DNA from: an uncultured virus (IMG/VR IMGVR_UViG_3300044723_007864)
Taxonomy: Duplodnaviria > Heunggongvirae > Uroviricota > Caudoviricetes
Length of the DNA stretch: 64,000 nucleotides
Virus record (IMG/VR): IMGVR_UViG_3300044723_007864
Reading direction: 5' to 3' (one strand)
Positions 28,699 to 37,938 of this stretch are shown here, one piece after another. The notes below the pieces were generated by a model. It had not been told where the DNA came from, did no database searches, and worked only from the letters and a program-made list of their open reading frames with translations. Positions within the stretch are counted from its first letter, which is position 1. Each line of letters begins with the position of its first letter. The position numbers were made by a program, and so were the translations under genes.

Positions 28699-30074
28699 TA
28701 GAAGTTACCCCAGCGTTTACTCATGAAACCAACCCCTCCTAGAGGTGTGTTATATTCTTTTAAAGGTAATTGCGATTGACTCGCTCTTTTTTCAACTTCC
28801 GCTTTCATCGCTGGTGGTAAGCCATTGGTTACAACATTAACATCTTCTCCGTTTTTGATTCTTGTTACATATTCAGATATTTTATCTTCAGCTCCTGCAG
28901 CTACAGCATTTCCAAAATTATTAAGTGCACCTGAAATTTCGCTTTGATCTTCACTTTTAGGAGCCGGAGGCGTTATAACAGTAGGTTCAATTTCCCCCTT
29001 TTGATCAACCTGTGCTTGTTGTTGCTGATCACCTGCATCGATAACATTAGTCTGAGTAATGTTATCTCCAACTGAAGGTTCTGTTGTACCTGGCGTGATA
29101 GGCTCAGCCTCAACTTCTTCTACGTCCTCACCCGGTGTTTTATCTGATTCCCCGGGAATTTTAGCTAGATCATCCATAGTAGGTAAATCTTTTGGATCAG
29201 CTCTTTCTTGACCACCTTGTTGCTGTTGCTGCTGATCGCTTTGTTGCTGTTGCTGCTGATCGCTTTGTTGCTGTTGCTGCTGATCGCTTTGTTGCTGTTG
29301 ATTGCTTCCTCCGCTGTTACCAGAGTTAGATTTCGCTAGATCTTCTTTTCCCATGTTGTTGACATAATCAAAACTTTTTTTAGTACCACCGGCTATACCT
29401 CCAGCGAAACCACCTATTAAATTACCAACACCACTACCAATTTTCTTCAATACCGATGGGTTTTCACTTCCTGATTGGACTTCAGTCTCTCCACCAGCCG
29501 GAGCTACTCCATTACCACGTGGATTTTTTATTTGACCACCACCAGCAACAGGTTGACCACCACCAGCAACAGGTTGACCACCACCAGCAACAGTTTGACC
29601 ACCACCTTGCATGGGTGTATATCCACCCGCTGCTCCAGAATTAGCTGCGTACCGACCGGAGGCTTTTATACCTGCCGCTTCCCCTGCAGCTGGGAACAAC
29701 ATGTTTCTCGCGTCTTTAACCTTGACTGCTTGACCTGGTTGAAATTTAGAAAATGTTTTGATTTGATCTGGATCAACACCATATGCATTACCGATGATAT
29801 CCATCACTTGGCCTGCATCCACTTGATCATTGTCACCGAGTTGTTGTGTTAGCTGACTGAACACGGGCATGATGTGCTGTTTAACAAATTGCTGCGTCTG
29901 TATACGTGCGCCTGCCTTTCCTGCCTTGTTTGGAGCTAACATCCCGGCTTTACTTACTAGTTTATCTCCAATACCACCAGTACCAAAACCGAGCACTTCA
30001 TCTAGTTGCTCACGTCCCTGCACTGTTGTATATGCTTCTGCTAACATTTGATAGTCTTTTTGATCACTTCTCAT
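28698..30074 (-). CDS. Gln/Gly-rich low-complexity protein (putative internal head protein)
   Basis: TAAATA 6 nt upstream; MRSDQKDYQMLAEAY leader; two tandem repeat tracts. Confidence 0.65.
   Translation of the reverse strand: MRSDQKDYQMLAEAYTTVQGREQLDEVLGFGTGGIGDKLVSKAGMLAPNKAGKAGARIQTQQFVKQHIMPVFSQLTQQLGDNDQVDAGQVMDIIGNAYGVDPDQIKTFSKFQPGQAVKVKDARNMLFPAAGEAAGIKASGRYAANSGAAGGYTPMQGGGQTVAGGGQPVAGGGQPVAGGGQIKNPRGNGVAPAGGETEVQSGSENPSVLKKIGSGVGNLIGGFAGGIAGGTKKSFDYVNNMGKEDLAKSNSGNSGGSNQQQQSDQQQQQQSDQQQQQQSDQQQQQQGGQERADPKDLPTMDDLAKIPGESDKTPGEDVEEVEAEPITPGTTEPSVGDNITQTNVIDAGDQQQQAQVDQKGEIEPTVITPPAPKSEDQSEISGALNNFGNAVAAGAEDKISEYVTRIKNGEDVNVVTNGLPPAMKAEVEKRASQSQLPLKEYNTPLGGVGFMSKRWGNF
29217..29300. 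repeat. 24-bp tandem repeat x3.5 (TTGTTGCTGTTGCTGCTGATCGCT), encoding SDQQQQQQ
   Basis: Directly visible, perfect copies. Confidence 0.9.
29532..29606. repeat. 21-bp tandem repeat x3.5 (TTGACCACCACCAGCAACAGG), encoding PVAGGGQ
   Basis: Directly visible, one mismatch in the third copy. Confidence 0.9.
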
Positions 30075-30097
30075 TAATAATATTTATTATCAACATG

Positions 30098-30126
30098 TTG
30101 AAAAAACGCTGTTAGTATGTTATAAT
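30098..30126 (+). promoter_or_regulatory. Sigma70-type promoter TTGAAA-N17-TATAAT (extended TG) for the queC operon
   Basis: ATG 7 nt after the -10 box. Confidence 0.75.
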
Positions 30127-30133
30127 AACATGT

Positions 30134-30841
30134 ATGGTTAAAAAATGTGTATTACCTCTGAGCGGTGGCCTGGATTCAACGGTTATAGCTCACATGGCTC
30201 ACGCGGAAGGTTTCGAGATATACTCGTTAACTTTTCATTATGGTCAGCGACATTACCGTGCAGAGTTAGGATGCGCCCGGCGTCAAGCAGAAAAACTAGC
30301 CAAGCATCATAGATTGATTGAAGCTGGATTTGTCCGAGATCTTGCTAGCACAAGCGCTCTCACAAATGATACAATCAAAGTCGCGAAAACAAAAGACGTA
30401 CTTGGGGATCCACAGACCGTCAATTATGTGCCCAACAGAAACATGATGTTGCTGAGCATGTGCACGGCATATGCTGAGACTGTAGGAGCCAGTACCGTGT
30501 TTCATGGGGCCGCTTTAGTGGATAGCCAGGCAGGATTTTGGGATGGAAGCAAAGAGTTTTTACATGCAATAAACAATGTAAACAAGCTGAATCGTCGCAA
30601 CGTTGTGGAGATTGTAGCTCCATTGATACTCAAGAGCAAAGCCGACATAGTGAAATGTGGCGTGGATCTAGGTGTTGATTTTTCTAAAACATGGACATGT
30701 TATGAAGGTCAAGAGCAAGCCTGTGGTGAATGTACTGCCTGCAGCAGCAGAATAAAAGGGTTTATAGATGCAGGCTATATTGATCCGGTAAAATATGCAA
30801 TAGATATACCGTGGGAGAAATACAATTGTAAGAATATATAA
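30134..30841 (+). CDS. queC: 7-cyano-7-deazaguanine synthase
   Basis: LSGGLDST, FHYGQRH, YVPNRN, zinc site TCY...ACGECTAC..R. Confidence 0.92.
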   Translation: MVKKCVLPLSGGLDSTVIAHMAHAEGFEIYSLTFHYGQRHYRAELGCARRQAEKLAKHHRLIEAGFVRDLASTSALTNDTIKVAKTKDVLGDPQTVNYVPNRNMMLLSMCTAYAETVGASTVFHGAALVDSQAGFWDGSKEFLHAINNVNKLNRRNVVEIVAPLILKSKADIVKCGVDLGVDFSKTWTCYEGQEQACGECTACSSRIKGFIDAGYIDPVKYAIDIPWEKYNCKNI

Positions 30842-30846
30842 TAAAC

Positions 30847-31512
30847 ATGTGTGGTATATTCGGAGCTAAAAAATTTCATACATTTGATCGATTGTATAGT
30901 GCGAACAAAGATCGAGGTACATTTTCTCATGGCTTCATGTATTTGAAAAAAAATGGAATCATGCACCTCAAGAGGAGAAAAGGCATTACAACACTCACCG
31001 GTCAATATGGTTGGCAGTATCAACTTGATTATGATTTGTATCTAGGTCACACACAAGCACCGACATCATCTGTCAGGCATTACAGGGCTAAATACTCTCA
31101 CCCGTTTGAGCATGGTAATTTTATTGTGGCACACAACGGTGTATTGGAAAACCATCTAGAATTAGCTGAAGAGCATCGAATCGACCCAAATATAATAAAA
31201 GTGGATAGCCAGATAATACCGATGTTGCTGGATGATTTATTTGTGGGGAGTGATGTACTGGCTATACAGGAAGTGTGTAATCTATTGAAAGGTATATTCA
31301 GTTGCTGGATATATTGCAAAAAGACCAAGCTTACATATGTTGTGCGGAGCGGATGTACATTATACACAAATGACAATCTAACAACATTTTCATCTATAAA
31401 GTTTAATAAAACGAAAAACGAACTTGACCAGGGAATTATATATTGTTTTACACCTGAAGGACTGACTAATGTGGGTACATTTGCATCTGATAATCCGTTC
31501 TTTGTTTTATGA
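30847..31512 (+). CDS. Standalone class II (Ntn) glutamine amidotransferase
   Basis: MCGIFG N-terminal nucleophile, GHTQAPT, HPF, HNGVLEN, VDS. Confidence 0.85.
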   Translation: MCGIFGAKKFHTFDRLYSANKDRGTFSHGFMYLKKNGIMHLKRRKGITTLTGQYGWQYQLDYDLYLGHTQAPTSSVRHYRAKYSHPFEHGNFIVAHNGVLENHLELAEEHRIDPNIIKVDSQIIPMLLDDLFVGSDVLAIQEVCNLLKGIFSCWIYCKKTKLTYVVRSGCTLYTNDNLTTFSSIKFNKTKNELDQGIIYCFTPEGLTNVGTFASDNPFFVL

Positions 31513-32216
31513 AAAATAACAAAATATTAGTTGTTTCAGCTACACGCTCGAGCACCACAAAAAACACATTGCTTTCAAAATCATTACAGGCTATGTCTCA
31601 CAACAACAAGATTGTAGACAAACAATATGATGTCAAGTTTCACACAAATAATACACAGCCATTACCGATTGTGTACAATCAATACATAAATGATAAAACT
31701 CTCAAGAGATATAAGATTGTGTTGTTCGTGCATGATGATGTGTATATTGACGACCTCGGGTGTTTTGACAAGATAAACACAAACGTACACACCTACAAAA
31801 ACGACATAATAGGACTAGCGGGAGCCACTAGTGTAAAAATTCAAAAACCGACTTTATGGCATTTGATGTCTGAAAGAAAAAATCAAACCGGGGCGGTGGC
31901 ACATTTTGATTCCACTGGTACATTACTGAGTACCACATGTTTCGGTCAATATCCGAAACGATGTCTAGTACTAGATGGTTTGTTTTTAGCTGTCAATATT
32001 GAATCAGCATTGAAGGTTGGTTGGAAGTTTAATGAATCATTTCGATTTCATCATTATGATATTGCATCATGTTTAGATGCCAATAATCTTCGCATGAAAA
32101 TGAGCACCTGTAATATACATGTGGTACACGCTTCTCCAGGTCTTGCGGATTACAATGATAAAACTTTCCAACAATCGCAAGATATTTTCTTGCAAAAATA
32201 CGGACCATCTACATAA
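31509..32216 (+). CDS. Glycosyltransferase (GT-A-like)
   Basis: VLFVHDDVYIDD, IIGLAG, LDGLFLA, FHHYDI; ATGA-coupled to the amidotransferase. Confidence 0.7.
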   Translation: MKNNKILVVSATRSSTTKNTLLSKSLQAMSHNNKIVDKQYDVKFHTNNTQPLPIVYNQYINDKTLKRYKIVLFVHDDVYIDDLGCFDKINTNVHTYKNDIIGLAGATSVKIQKPTLWHLMSERKNQTGAVAHFDSTGTLLSTTCFGQYPKRCLVLDGLFLAVNIESALKVGWKFNESFRFHHYDIASCLDANNLRMKMSTCNIHVVHASPGLADYNDKTFQQSQDIFLQKYGPST

Positions 32217-32224
32217 TCAAACAT

Positions 32225-33553
32225 ATGAGCAGCATCGATTGGGATTTTTATGAAAATATTATTGTATACAATGCACTGACAAGCAGAGACTACCTGGCAA
32301 GTATAATTGATCAAACAGATCCGCAATATTTTAACAGCAAGGACATCCGGTGCGTGTTTGATATAATTACAAATTTTTTCACAACACGTAATGAAATACC
32401 AACATTAACAGAGGTGAAGAGTTATTTAACAACACCAGAAGCAAAAGACGCGTTTAGAAAAGTTGTGAGTAAATTCAAAGATATCGGTAAGCAATACAAC
32501 AGAGACGAGTTGTATGAGAATACTGAGAGGTTTCTAAAAGAACGCGCGGTGTATACAACCATGCTAGATGTTGCTGATCAATGCTCAAAAGATAAAATAG
32601 ACACAGGAGAAATTTACGATAAATTTCACAAAGCCTGTAATGTGTCGCTAGCAATCGACAAGGGACATGATTACTTTAATGATATTGATGCTCACATTGA
32701 AGATCTGCTCACAATAGATAGTACCATATCATCAAATTGGCCGTGGCTGGATGAAAAAATAGGCGGAGGTTTTCTAGAGAATGGGAGAGCCATCTATATA
32801 TTTGCCGGAGAAACTAACATAGGTAAATCAATATTTCTAGGTAATATAGCCACTAATATAGCTAAGTCTGGTAAAACCGTTGTATTGATCACACTTGAGA
32901 TGAGTGAGATGGTTTATTCTAAAAGACTGAGCAGTGATATTACAAAAATACCAATAGGAACATTACACACCATGACCGATGAATTGAAAAACCGGGCATT
33001 AGATTTTCAGCAGAAAACTAAATCCGGTATACTTGTCAAGGAATTTCCACCCAACACAATTACATGTAGTCAGGTAAGATCATTTATAGAGAAAGTGATA
33101 AACAGCGGTATAGATGTAGGTGCTATTGTGTTAGATTATGTAAATTTATTGAAAAGCAACCGCGGTACTAATTCGTACGAGCGTGTTAAATATGCTACCG
33201 AGGAACTTCGAGCTCTTAGTTATACATTCAAATGCCCGATCATAACAGCAACACAACTCAATCGATCTGGTTATAATGAAGTTAGTCCAGAACTTGACAC
33301 GATAAGTGAGAGTATAGGTCTAGCTGCTACAGCAGATGCTATATTCGGAATTTGGCAAGAAGAGGAAGATGCAGAGCTTGGAATTATAAAAATCGGCATG
33401 ATGAAAAATAGATTCGGTCCTAATTTCGGAAGCACTACACTCAATATCAATTACAACACATTAACAATAACTGATGATTTTGAAAAACAAACAGAACACA
33501 GCACTGCTGATATAAACGCAGCAACATCAGCATTAAACTTGTTAGCAGATTAG
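32225..33553 (+). CDS. gp41: Replicative DNA helicase (DnaB-like)
   Basis: GETNIGKS, ITLEMSE, VLDYVNL, TATQLNR, SESIGL, KNRFG. Confidence 0.93.
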   Translation: MSSIDWDFYENIIVYNALTSRDYLASIIDQTDPQYFNSKDIRCVFDIITNFFTTRNEIPTLTEVKSYLTTPEAKDAFRKVVSKFKDIGKQYNRDELYENTERFLKERAVYTTMLDVADQCSKDKIDTGEIYDKFHKACNVSLAIDKGHDYFNDIDAHIEDLLTIDSTISSNWPWLDEKIGGGFLENGRAIYIFAGETNIGKSIFLGNIATNIAKSGKTVVLITLEMSEMVYSKRLSSDITKIPIGTLHTMTDELKNRALDFQQKTKSGILVKEFPPNTITCSQVRSFIEKVINSGIDVGAIVLDYVNLLKSNRGTNSYERVKYATEELRALSYTFKCPIITATQLNRSGYNEVSPELDTISESIGLAATADAIFGIWQEEEDAELGIIKIGMMKNRFGPNFGSTTLNINYNTLTITDDFEKQTEHSTADINAATSALNLLAD

Positions 33554-33591
33554 CAGTTGTAAATCAAAGAAATATACACTAAATACAAACA

Positions 33592-34500
33592 GTGTCAAAA
33601 AATAACAAACATTTTGTGTTTACAGATTGCGATCTTGATGGGGCTGGCAGCTATCTGATGTGGAAATGGTTCACTGGTCAGCAACCGGATAGATGTGCTG
33701 TAAGAGTAAATGATTTTGAAGATAAATACACCGCATGGATAGCCGCAGGTAATTTGAACAAATATGATAGAATTTTTATTCTAGATCTTGATATCTCTAG
33801 ATTGAACTGCTTTGATTTAATAGACAACGAGAAAGTGACAATAATTGATCACCACACGTCACATGTTGAATATGTTGATAAGTACAAGCATGCTAAAGTG
33901 CATGTGGAGGATGAAACTAGCTGCACAAAAATGGTGTATAATCTTTTCAAAAAAACCGGGAAAGACTTATCCGATAATAAAAAGACTCTTGTAGCGTTAA
34001 TTGATGATTATGATAGTTACACACTGAAAGTACCATATTCATATCACTTGAATTTACTGTTCTGGAACTATCAAGGCGATCGGGTAGAGAAATTCATCAC
34101 GGAATTCGGCAACGGCTTCAACGGATTCACATCAGAACAAAATCAAATAATATCTTTTTATATCAAAAAGTTTGAGAATATTAAGAGAGAATTAGAAGTT
34201 CATTACGCGTACATACCCATAAAGGATAAAAAATACAAATTTATCAGTGTATTCGCTAATGAATGTGTAAATGAAATAGCTTCGTATATAATAGACAATT
34301 ACAAAGCCGATGTAGGAATGGTCGTTAATGTTAATAGTAACAAAGTGAGTGTGCGTAAGAGTAAAACATGTGATTTGAATCTCGGAAAGCTTTGTGAAAA
34401 CTTATTTGATCAAGGAGGAGGTCATGATAATTCCGCCGGTGGTATATTGTGTGAAAAATTTCTTAAATTTTCTTCTCTATTCAAGTCGATGAAAATATAA
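33592..34500 (+). CDS. DHH/DHHA1 phosphoesterase
   Basis: DCDLDG, ILDL, IIDHH, GGGHDNSAGG. Confidence 0.85.
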   Translation: MSKNNKHFVFTDCDLDGAGSYLMWKWFTGQQPDRCAVRVNDFEDKYTAWIAAGNLNKYDRIFILDLDISRLNCFDLIDNEKVTIIDHHTSHVEYVDKYKHAKVHVEDETSCTKMVYNLFKKTGKDLSDNKKTLVALIDDYDSYTLKVPYSYHLNLLFWNYQGDRVEKFITEFGNGFNGFTSEQNQIISFYIKKFENIKRELEVHYAYIPIKDKKYKFISVFANECVNEIASYIIDNYKADVGMVVNVNSNKVSVRKSKTCDLNLGKLCENLFDQGGGHDNSAGGILCEKFLKFSSLFKSMKI

Positions 34501-34808
34501 TGAACAATGTTGTAACAAACATAAAAAAACTTGATCCAGTTGACCGCGTGTATAAAAAAGAATACATGCATCAATTTCTCAGCTTCTGTTCATTCGTCTG
34601 CATTTTAAAACAAAAAAAACTCAACCTAGCCAACATATTCATAATAATGTTGCAAGATCCGAATATGTTATCTATATTTAAAAATATGTGCGAGATAGAT
34701 AGTAATTACGAAGCAGTAAAGAAATTCTTAGAATATGATGCATCGCTACACAAATCAAAATACATAAAAAATTTTTTAGAATCCAACAACTTAAAACTAA
34801 CCTGCTAA
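34500..34808 (+). CDS. Hypothetical protein
   Basis: ORF coupled to the DHH gene. Confidence 0.55.
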   Translation: MNNVVTNIKKLDPVDRVYKKEYMHQFLSFCSFVCILKQKKLNLANIFIIMLQDPNMLSIFKNMCEIDSNYEAVKKFLEYDASLHKSKYIKNFLESNNLKLTC

Positions 34809-34817
34809 TTTTAAAAG

Positions 34818-34846
34818 TTGAAAAAAACAACAACCCAGTATATAAT
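34818..34846 (+). promoter_or_regulatory. Sigma70-type promoter TTGAAA-N17-TATAAT for gp32
   Basis: ATG 12 nt after the -10 box. Confidence 0.72.
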
Positions 34847-34858
34847 AGATTATAAATT

Positions 34859-35752
34859 ATGAGTACATTCACATCAACCATGTTCGACAGTATCAAGCAA
34901 GCCTTGAACAAACAACCTAAATCCGGAGGCATTGGAGACATCCTCAAGACCACACCAGGTAACACATATGAAGTTCGTTTGTTACCATGTGTAACCAATC
35001 CAGATAAAACATTTTTTCATTATTTTTCTCATGGATGGACGTCGTTCGCTACAGGTCAATATGTAAATGCTTTGAGTCCGCAAACCTGGGGTGAGAGGGA
35101 TCCGATTTCAGAGATGAGATATCAACATTACCGTTCTGGTTCTCCAGAAGAGAAAGACAAAAGCCGGAGCATCTTACGATCCGAAAAATGGTTAGTAAAT
35201 GTATATGTTGTGAATGACCCATCATCACCTGAAAATAATGGTACAGTGAAAGTGTTAAGATTTGGCAAGCAACTACACAGCATCATCATGGATGCGATTG
35301 AAGGTGATGATTCGGATCAATTCGGTCCGCGTATCTTTGATTTGAGTAAAAATGGTTGTAGTTTCAGAATCAAAGTAGACAAACAAGGTGATTTTCCGTC
35401 TTATGTATCAAGCAGATTTTTGATGCCGGCAGAGATCCCCGGCATATCTAAAGAGCGCGCTGAGTCAATTTACGATAGTGTTCATGATTTAGAAGAAGTT
35501 CTACCGCGAAAAAATCAACAAGAATTGACAGACATGTTAAATGAGCATTACTTGTGTGTTGATTCACCAGTACAGACCACACCATCGCCGGCTCCCTCAC
35601 CAAGCTCCACACCAGTTACCACCGGTGCTGCGGCAGATCCTGCTCTTGAAGAAGATGTACCTTGGGGTGAGTCTGAGACTGGCACTAGCGGTAGTGACGA
35701 TATTGATGATGATACTATCAAAAACTTACTCGATGGTTTAGATAATGACTGA
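34859..35752 (+). CDS. gp32: Single-stranded DNA-binding protein
   Basis: VRLLP, VNVYVVNDP.SPENNGTVKVLRFGK, FDLSKNG, SYVSSRF and an acidic C-terminal tail. Confidence 0.88.
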   Translation: MSTFTSTMFDSIKQALNKQPKSGGIGDILKTTPGNTYEVRLLPCVTNPDKTFFHYFSHGWTSFATGQYVNALSPQTWGERDPISEMRYQHYRSGSPEEKDKSRSILRSEKWLVNVYVVNDPSSPENNGTVKVLRFGKQLHSIIMDAIEGDDSDQFGPRIFDLSKNGCSFRIKVDKQGDFPSYVSSRFLMPAEIPGISKERAESIYDSVHDLEEVLPRKNQQELTDMLNEHYLCVDSPVQTTPSPAPSPSSTPVTTGAAADPALEEDVPWGESETGTSGSDDIDDDTIKNLLDGLDND

Positions 35753-36275
35753 TGAGCAACCACAACCTGAGCGCCCGGTTATTGATATATCCAGGCATGA
35801 GCAAGAGTATAATTTGCAACAAGAAGATATATCAGACATAACAGGGTTGATAGCAGTTGTAGGTAAAGAATTAACCACAATTGATAAATTTGGAGCCGGT
35901 ATGAGCACACGGAAGGCGACACAGTTGAGTCAGCAAAAAATTTTTAATAAAAAACCTACACCACGATCAACACAGCCATCAGATCAGCCATCGATTGATA
36001 ACAAATTACAGGAACTCAAGCAGCAAGTTGTTTCTAACAACACACAACCAGCTCCTGCACCGCAACCAGCTCCTGCACCGCAACCAGCTCCTGCACCGCA
36101 ACCAACATCTGCACCGAAAATAGTATCTACAGTTATTCCAGAAAAACTCGAGAGTAAATTAAATGATATTGAAAATAAAATTGATAAATTGCAGGACGTT
36201 TTTGATAGTCTGCTAACAAAAATATCTAAAAATACAAAACGCATAACTTTGACATTAAATGATAGTAAAGATTGA
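35745..36275 (+). CDS. Hypothetical protein with QPAPAP repeats and a C-terminal coiled coil
   Basis: ORF lies in the operon between gp32 and gp45. Confidence 0.6.
   Translation: MTDEQPQPERPVIDISRHEQEYNLQQEDISDITGLIAVVGKELTTIDKFGAGMSTRKATQLSQQKIFNKKPTPRSTQPSDQPSIDNKLQELKQQVVSNNTQPAPAPQPAPAPQPAPAPQPTSAPKIVSTVIPEKLESKLNDIENKIDKLQDVFDSLLTKISKNTKRITLTLNDSKD
36045..36116. repeat. 18-bp tandem repeat x4 (CAACCAGCTCCTGCACCG), encoding QPAPAP
   Basis: Three perfect copies and one degenerate copy. Confidence 0.9.
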
Positions 36276-36993
36276 TAATCTAGATCAGTTTGTTAGCTGC
36301 TTCTTATCATTAATATCCAAGGTATGTGACAATATATGTCTAAAAATAGATGGTGATAAAATTTTTAGCATAACGAACAGCAGCGATAACACAATTGTGG
36401 TATTGTCAACATTTAAGCAGACAAACACTATTGATAATACAATAAAATTAAACATACCTGACATAACACGGTTTTTACGTGTCATGAGTTGTATAAGCAA
36501 CACCACCGCAAATCTTGATATTGATAGTAATTGTATAAAATACAAATCATCCAATGCTCGGTTTAAATATCATTTGCTTGAGGATGGTATAATAAAAGTA
36601 CCTGGTGTGAGCATGGAGAAAATTAAAAAACTATCATTCAAGCATACATTTTATTTGAGTAAAACCGCGGTGTTATCATTGATAAAAGGAAGCTCTCTTG
36701 TGACAGATATTGATAAGTTATACTTTTTTGTTGAAGATGGTAGTATATTTGCCGAAATAACCGACAAGGAATCAAGCAATGTGGATTCATACACCCAAAA
36801 AATATCAGATGATTACACTGGTGAAGGTGTGTTTGAACAAATGGTTATCAATTTTGAAATATTGAGAATGATAAGCAGTTTGAAATTTGATAAAATCAAA
36901 GTGAAAATAAACACAGATGTTAATGTGTTGATATTTGAAGTTGAGATTGAGAACACGAAGCATAATTTTATATGTACAACGTACGTTAGATAA
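36259..36993 (+). CDS. gp45: Sliding clamp
   Basis: 244-aa two-domain alpha/beta pattern (LNIPDITRFLRVMS, FKYHL) in the replication cluster. Confidence 0.65.
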   Translation: MIVKIDNLDQFVSCFLSLISKVCDNICLKIDGDKIFSITNSSDNTIVVLSTFKQTNTIDNTIKLNIPDITRFLRVMSCISNTTANLDIDSNCIKYKSSNARFKYHLLEDGIIKVPGVSMEKIKKLSFKHTFYLSKTAVLSLIKGSSLVTDIDKLYFFVEDGSIFAEITDKESSNVDSYTQKISDDYTGEGVFEQMVINFEILRMISSLKFDKIKVKINTDVNVLIFEVEIENTKHNFICTTYVR

Positions 36994-37385
36994 TGACAAA
37001 ACAAACAAAAAAGAACAAAATATCAACAATGGGGTATTTCATCAAAAGACTGAAAGACAATGACTTTGTTGTGTGGAAAGTTTTCAACAAGTATGGGCAT
37101 CATGATCATCGATTGTGGACAGTGATGGTAAATCCCGGAGAAGAATCTGTATATATAACATGCTATGTGAACACAGATGAGCTTGGATCCGCCCCGGTGT
37201 TTGAAATTCAATCAGGTTCATCGCTTTTTAGAAATTATGCAAAAATACAAACACGTAGCATGGAAGTTATAATCAGCCATCTCCTCAAGAGAGGTGTACA
37301 ACAAAACAGCGAAACATACCGAGTCACTACCAATACAATAAATACTAATGAAACACATGTCAAAAAAACAGAAACAACAACCTGA
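36993..37385 (+). CDS. Hypothetical protein
   Basis: Coupled ORF. Confidence 0.6.
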   Translation: MTKQTKKNKISTMGYFIKRLKDNDFVVWKVFNKYGHHDHRLWTVMVNPGEESVYITCYVNTDELGSAPVFEIQSGSSLFRNYAKIQTRSMEVIISHLLKRGVQQNSETYRVTTNTINTNETHVKKTETTT

Positions 37386-37683
37386 TGGTGATAGTGAAAT
37401 ACCTGCTGGGATGCTCAACATCGAAAAACAAATAGGTGAGTATGTCAAAAGATACAAACAAAACAAACAATTGAGTCAAGAGAATGTCGATATAATATCT
37501 TCGTTCATTGAAGAGTATTTACAAGCTTTTATATTGATTGGATACAACTACGATGGAGAGTTTATAACACACGCGCATAGTAAATCTCCGCTACAATCAG
37601 ATGCTCTAAATACCGGACTACATAAATTTTTAATAAAAGCGTTGGGTAGAAACTCTCTCCCGCCCGGTCTACCACACGAATAA
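37348..37683 (+). CDS. Hypothetical protein
   Basis: ORF in operon. Confidence 0.55.
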   Translation: MKHMSKKQKQQPDGDSEIPAGMLNIEKQIGEYVKRYKQNKQLSQENVDIISSFIEEYLQAFILIGYNYDGEFITHAHSKSPLQSDALNTGLHKFLIKALGRNSLPPGLPHE

Positions 37684-37938
37684 ATGAAAACTGGCAGCAT
37701 TTATGCTGTGTCTACTGGAACATACTTAGGTGAGTTTTTTGTGTATATAGGCCAGGCTAAAAATAAAAGAAAATTTCTCTCTTTACCGAAAATGATCAAT
37801 AGAGAGATTGAAAATAAAAATGTTGACCATGCCCTAGAAAAAGGCATTTTAGAGTTTCAAGAAGTGTTACCTGTAGATATAATAAATGTATGCAAGCAAC
37901 AGTTCCAACAAAATGAAAAAACTATACATCGACGGTAG
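37684..37938 (+). CDS. Hypothetical protein
   Basis: ORF in operon. Confidence 0.55.
   Translation: MKTGSIYAVSTGTYLGEFFVYIGQAKNKRKFLSLPKMINREIENKNVDHALEKGILEFQEVLPVDIINVCKQQFQQNEKTIHRR

Noticed and set aside
30134..31512. QatABCD anti-phage system (QueC-like plus amidotransferase)
   Set aside because: No adjacent QatA-type ATPase or TatD nuclease; QueC is of normal size and folE/queD/queE are present, favouring deazaguanine biosynthesis
29217..36116. Short direct-repeat arrays as a possible CRISPR or mini-array
   Set aside because: The units are contiguous with no spacers, are multiples of 3 and encode low-complexity peptides inside ORFs
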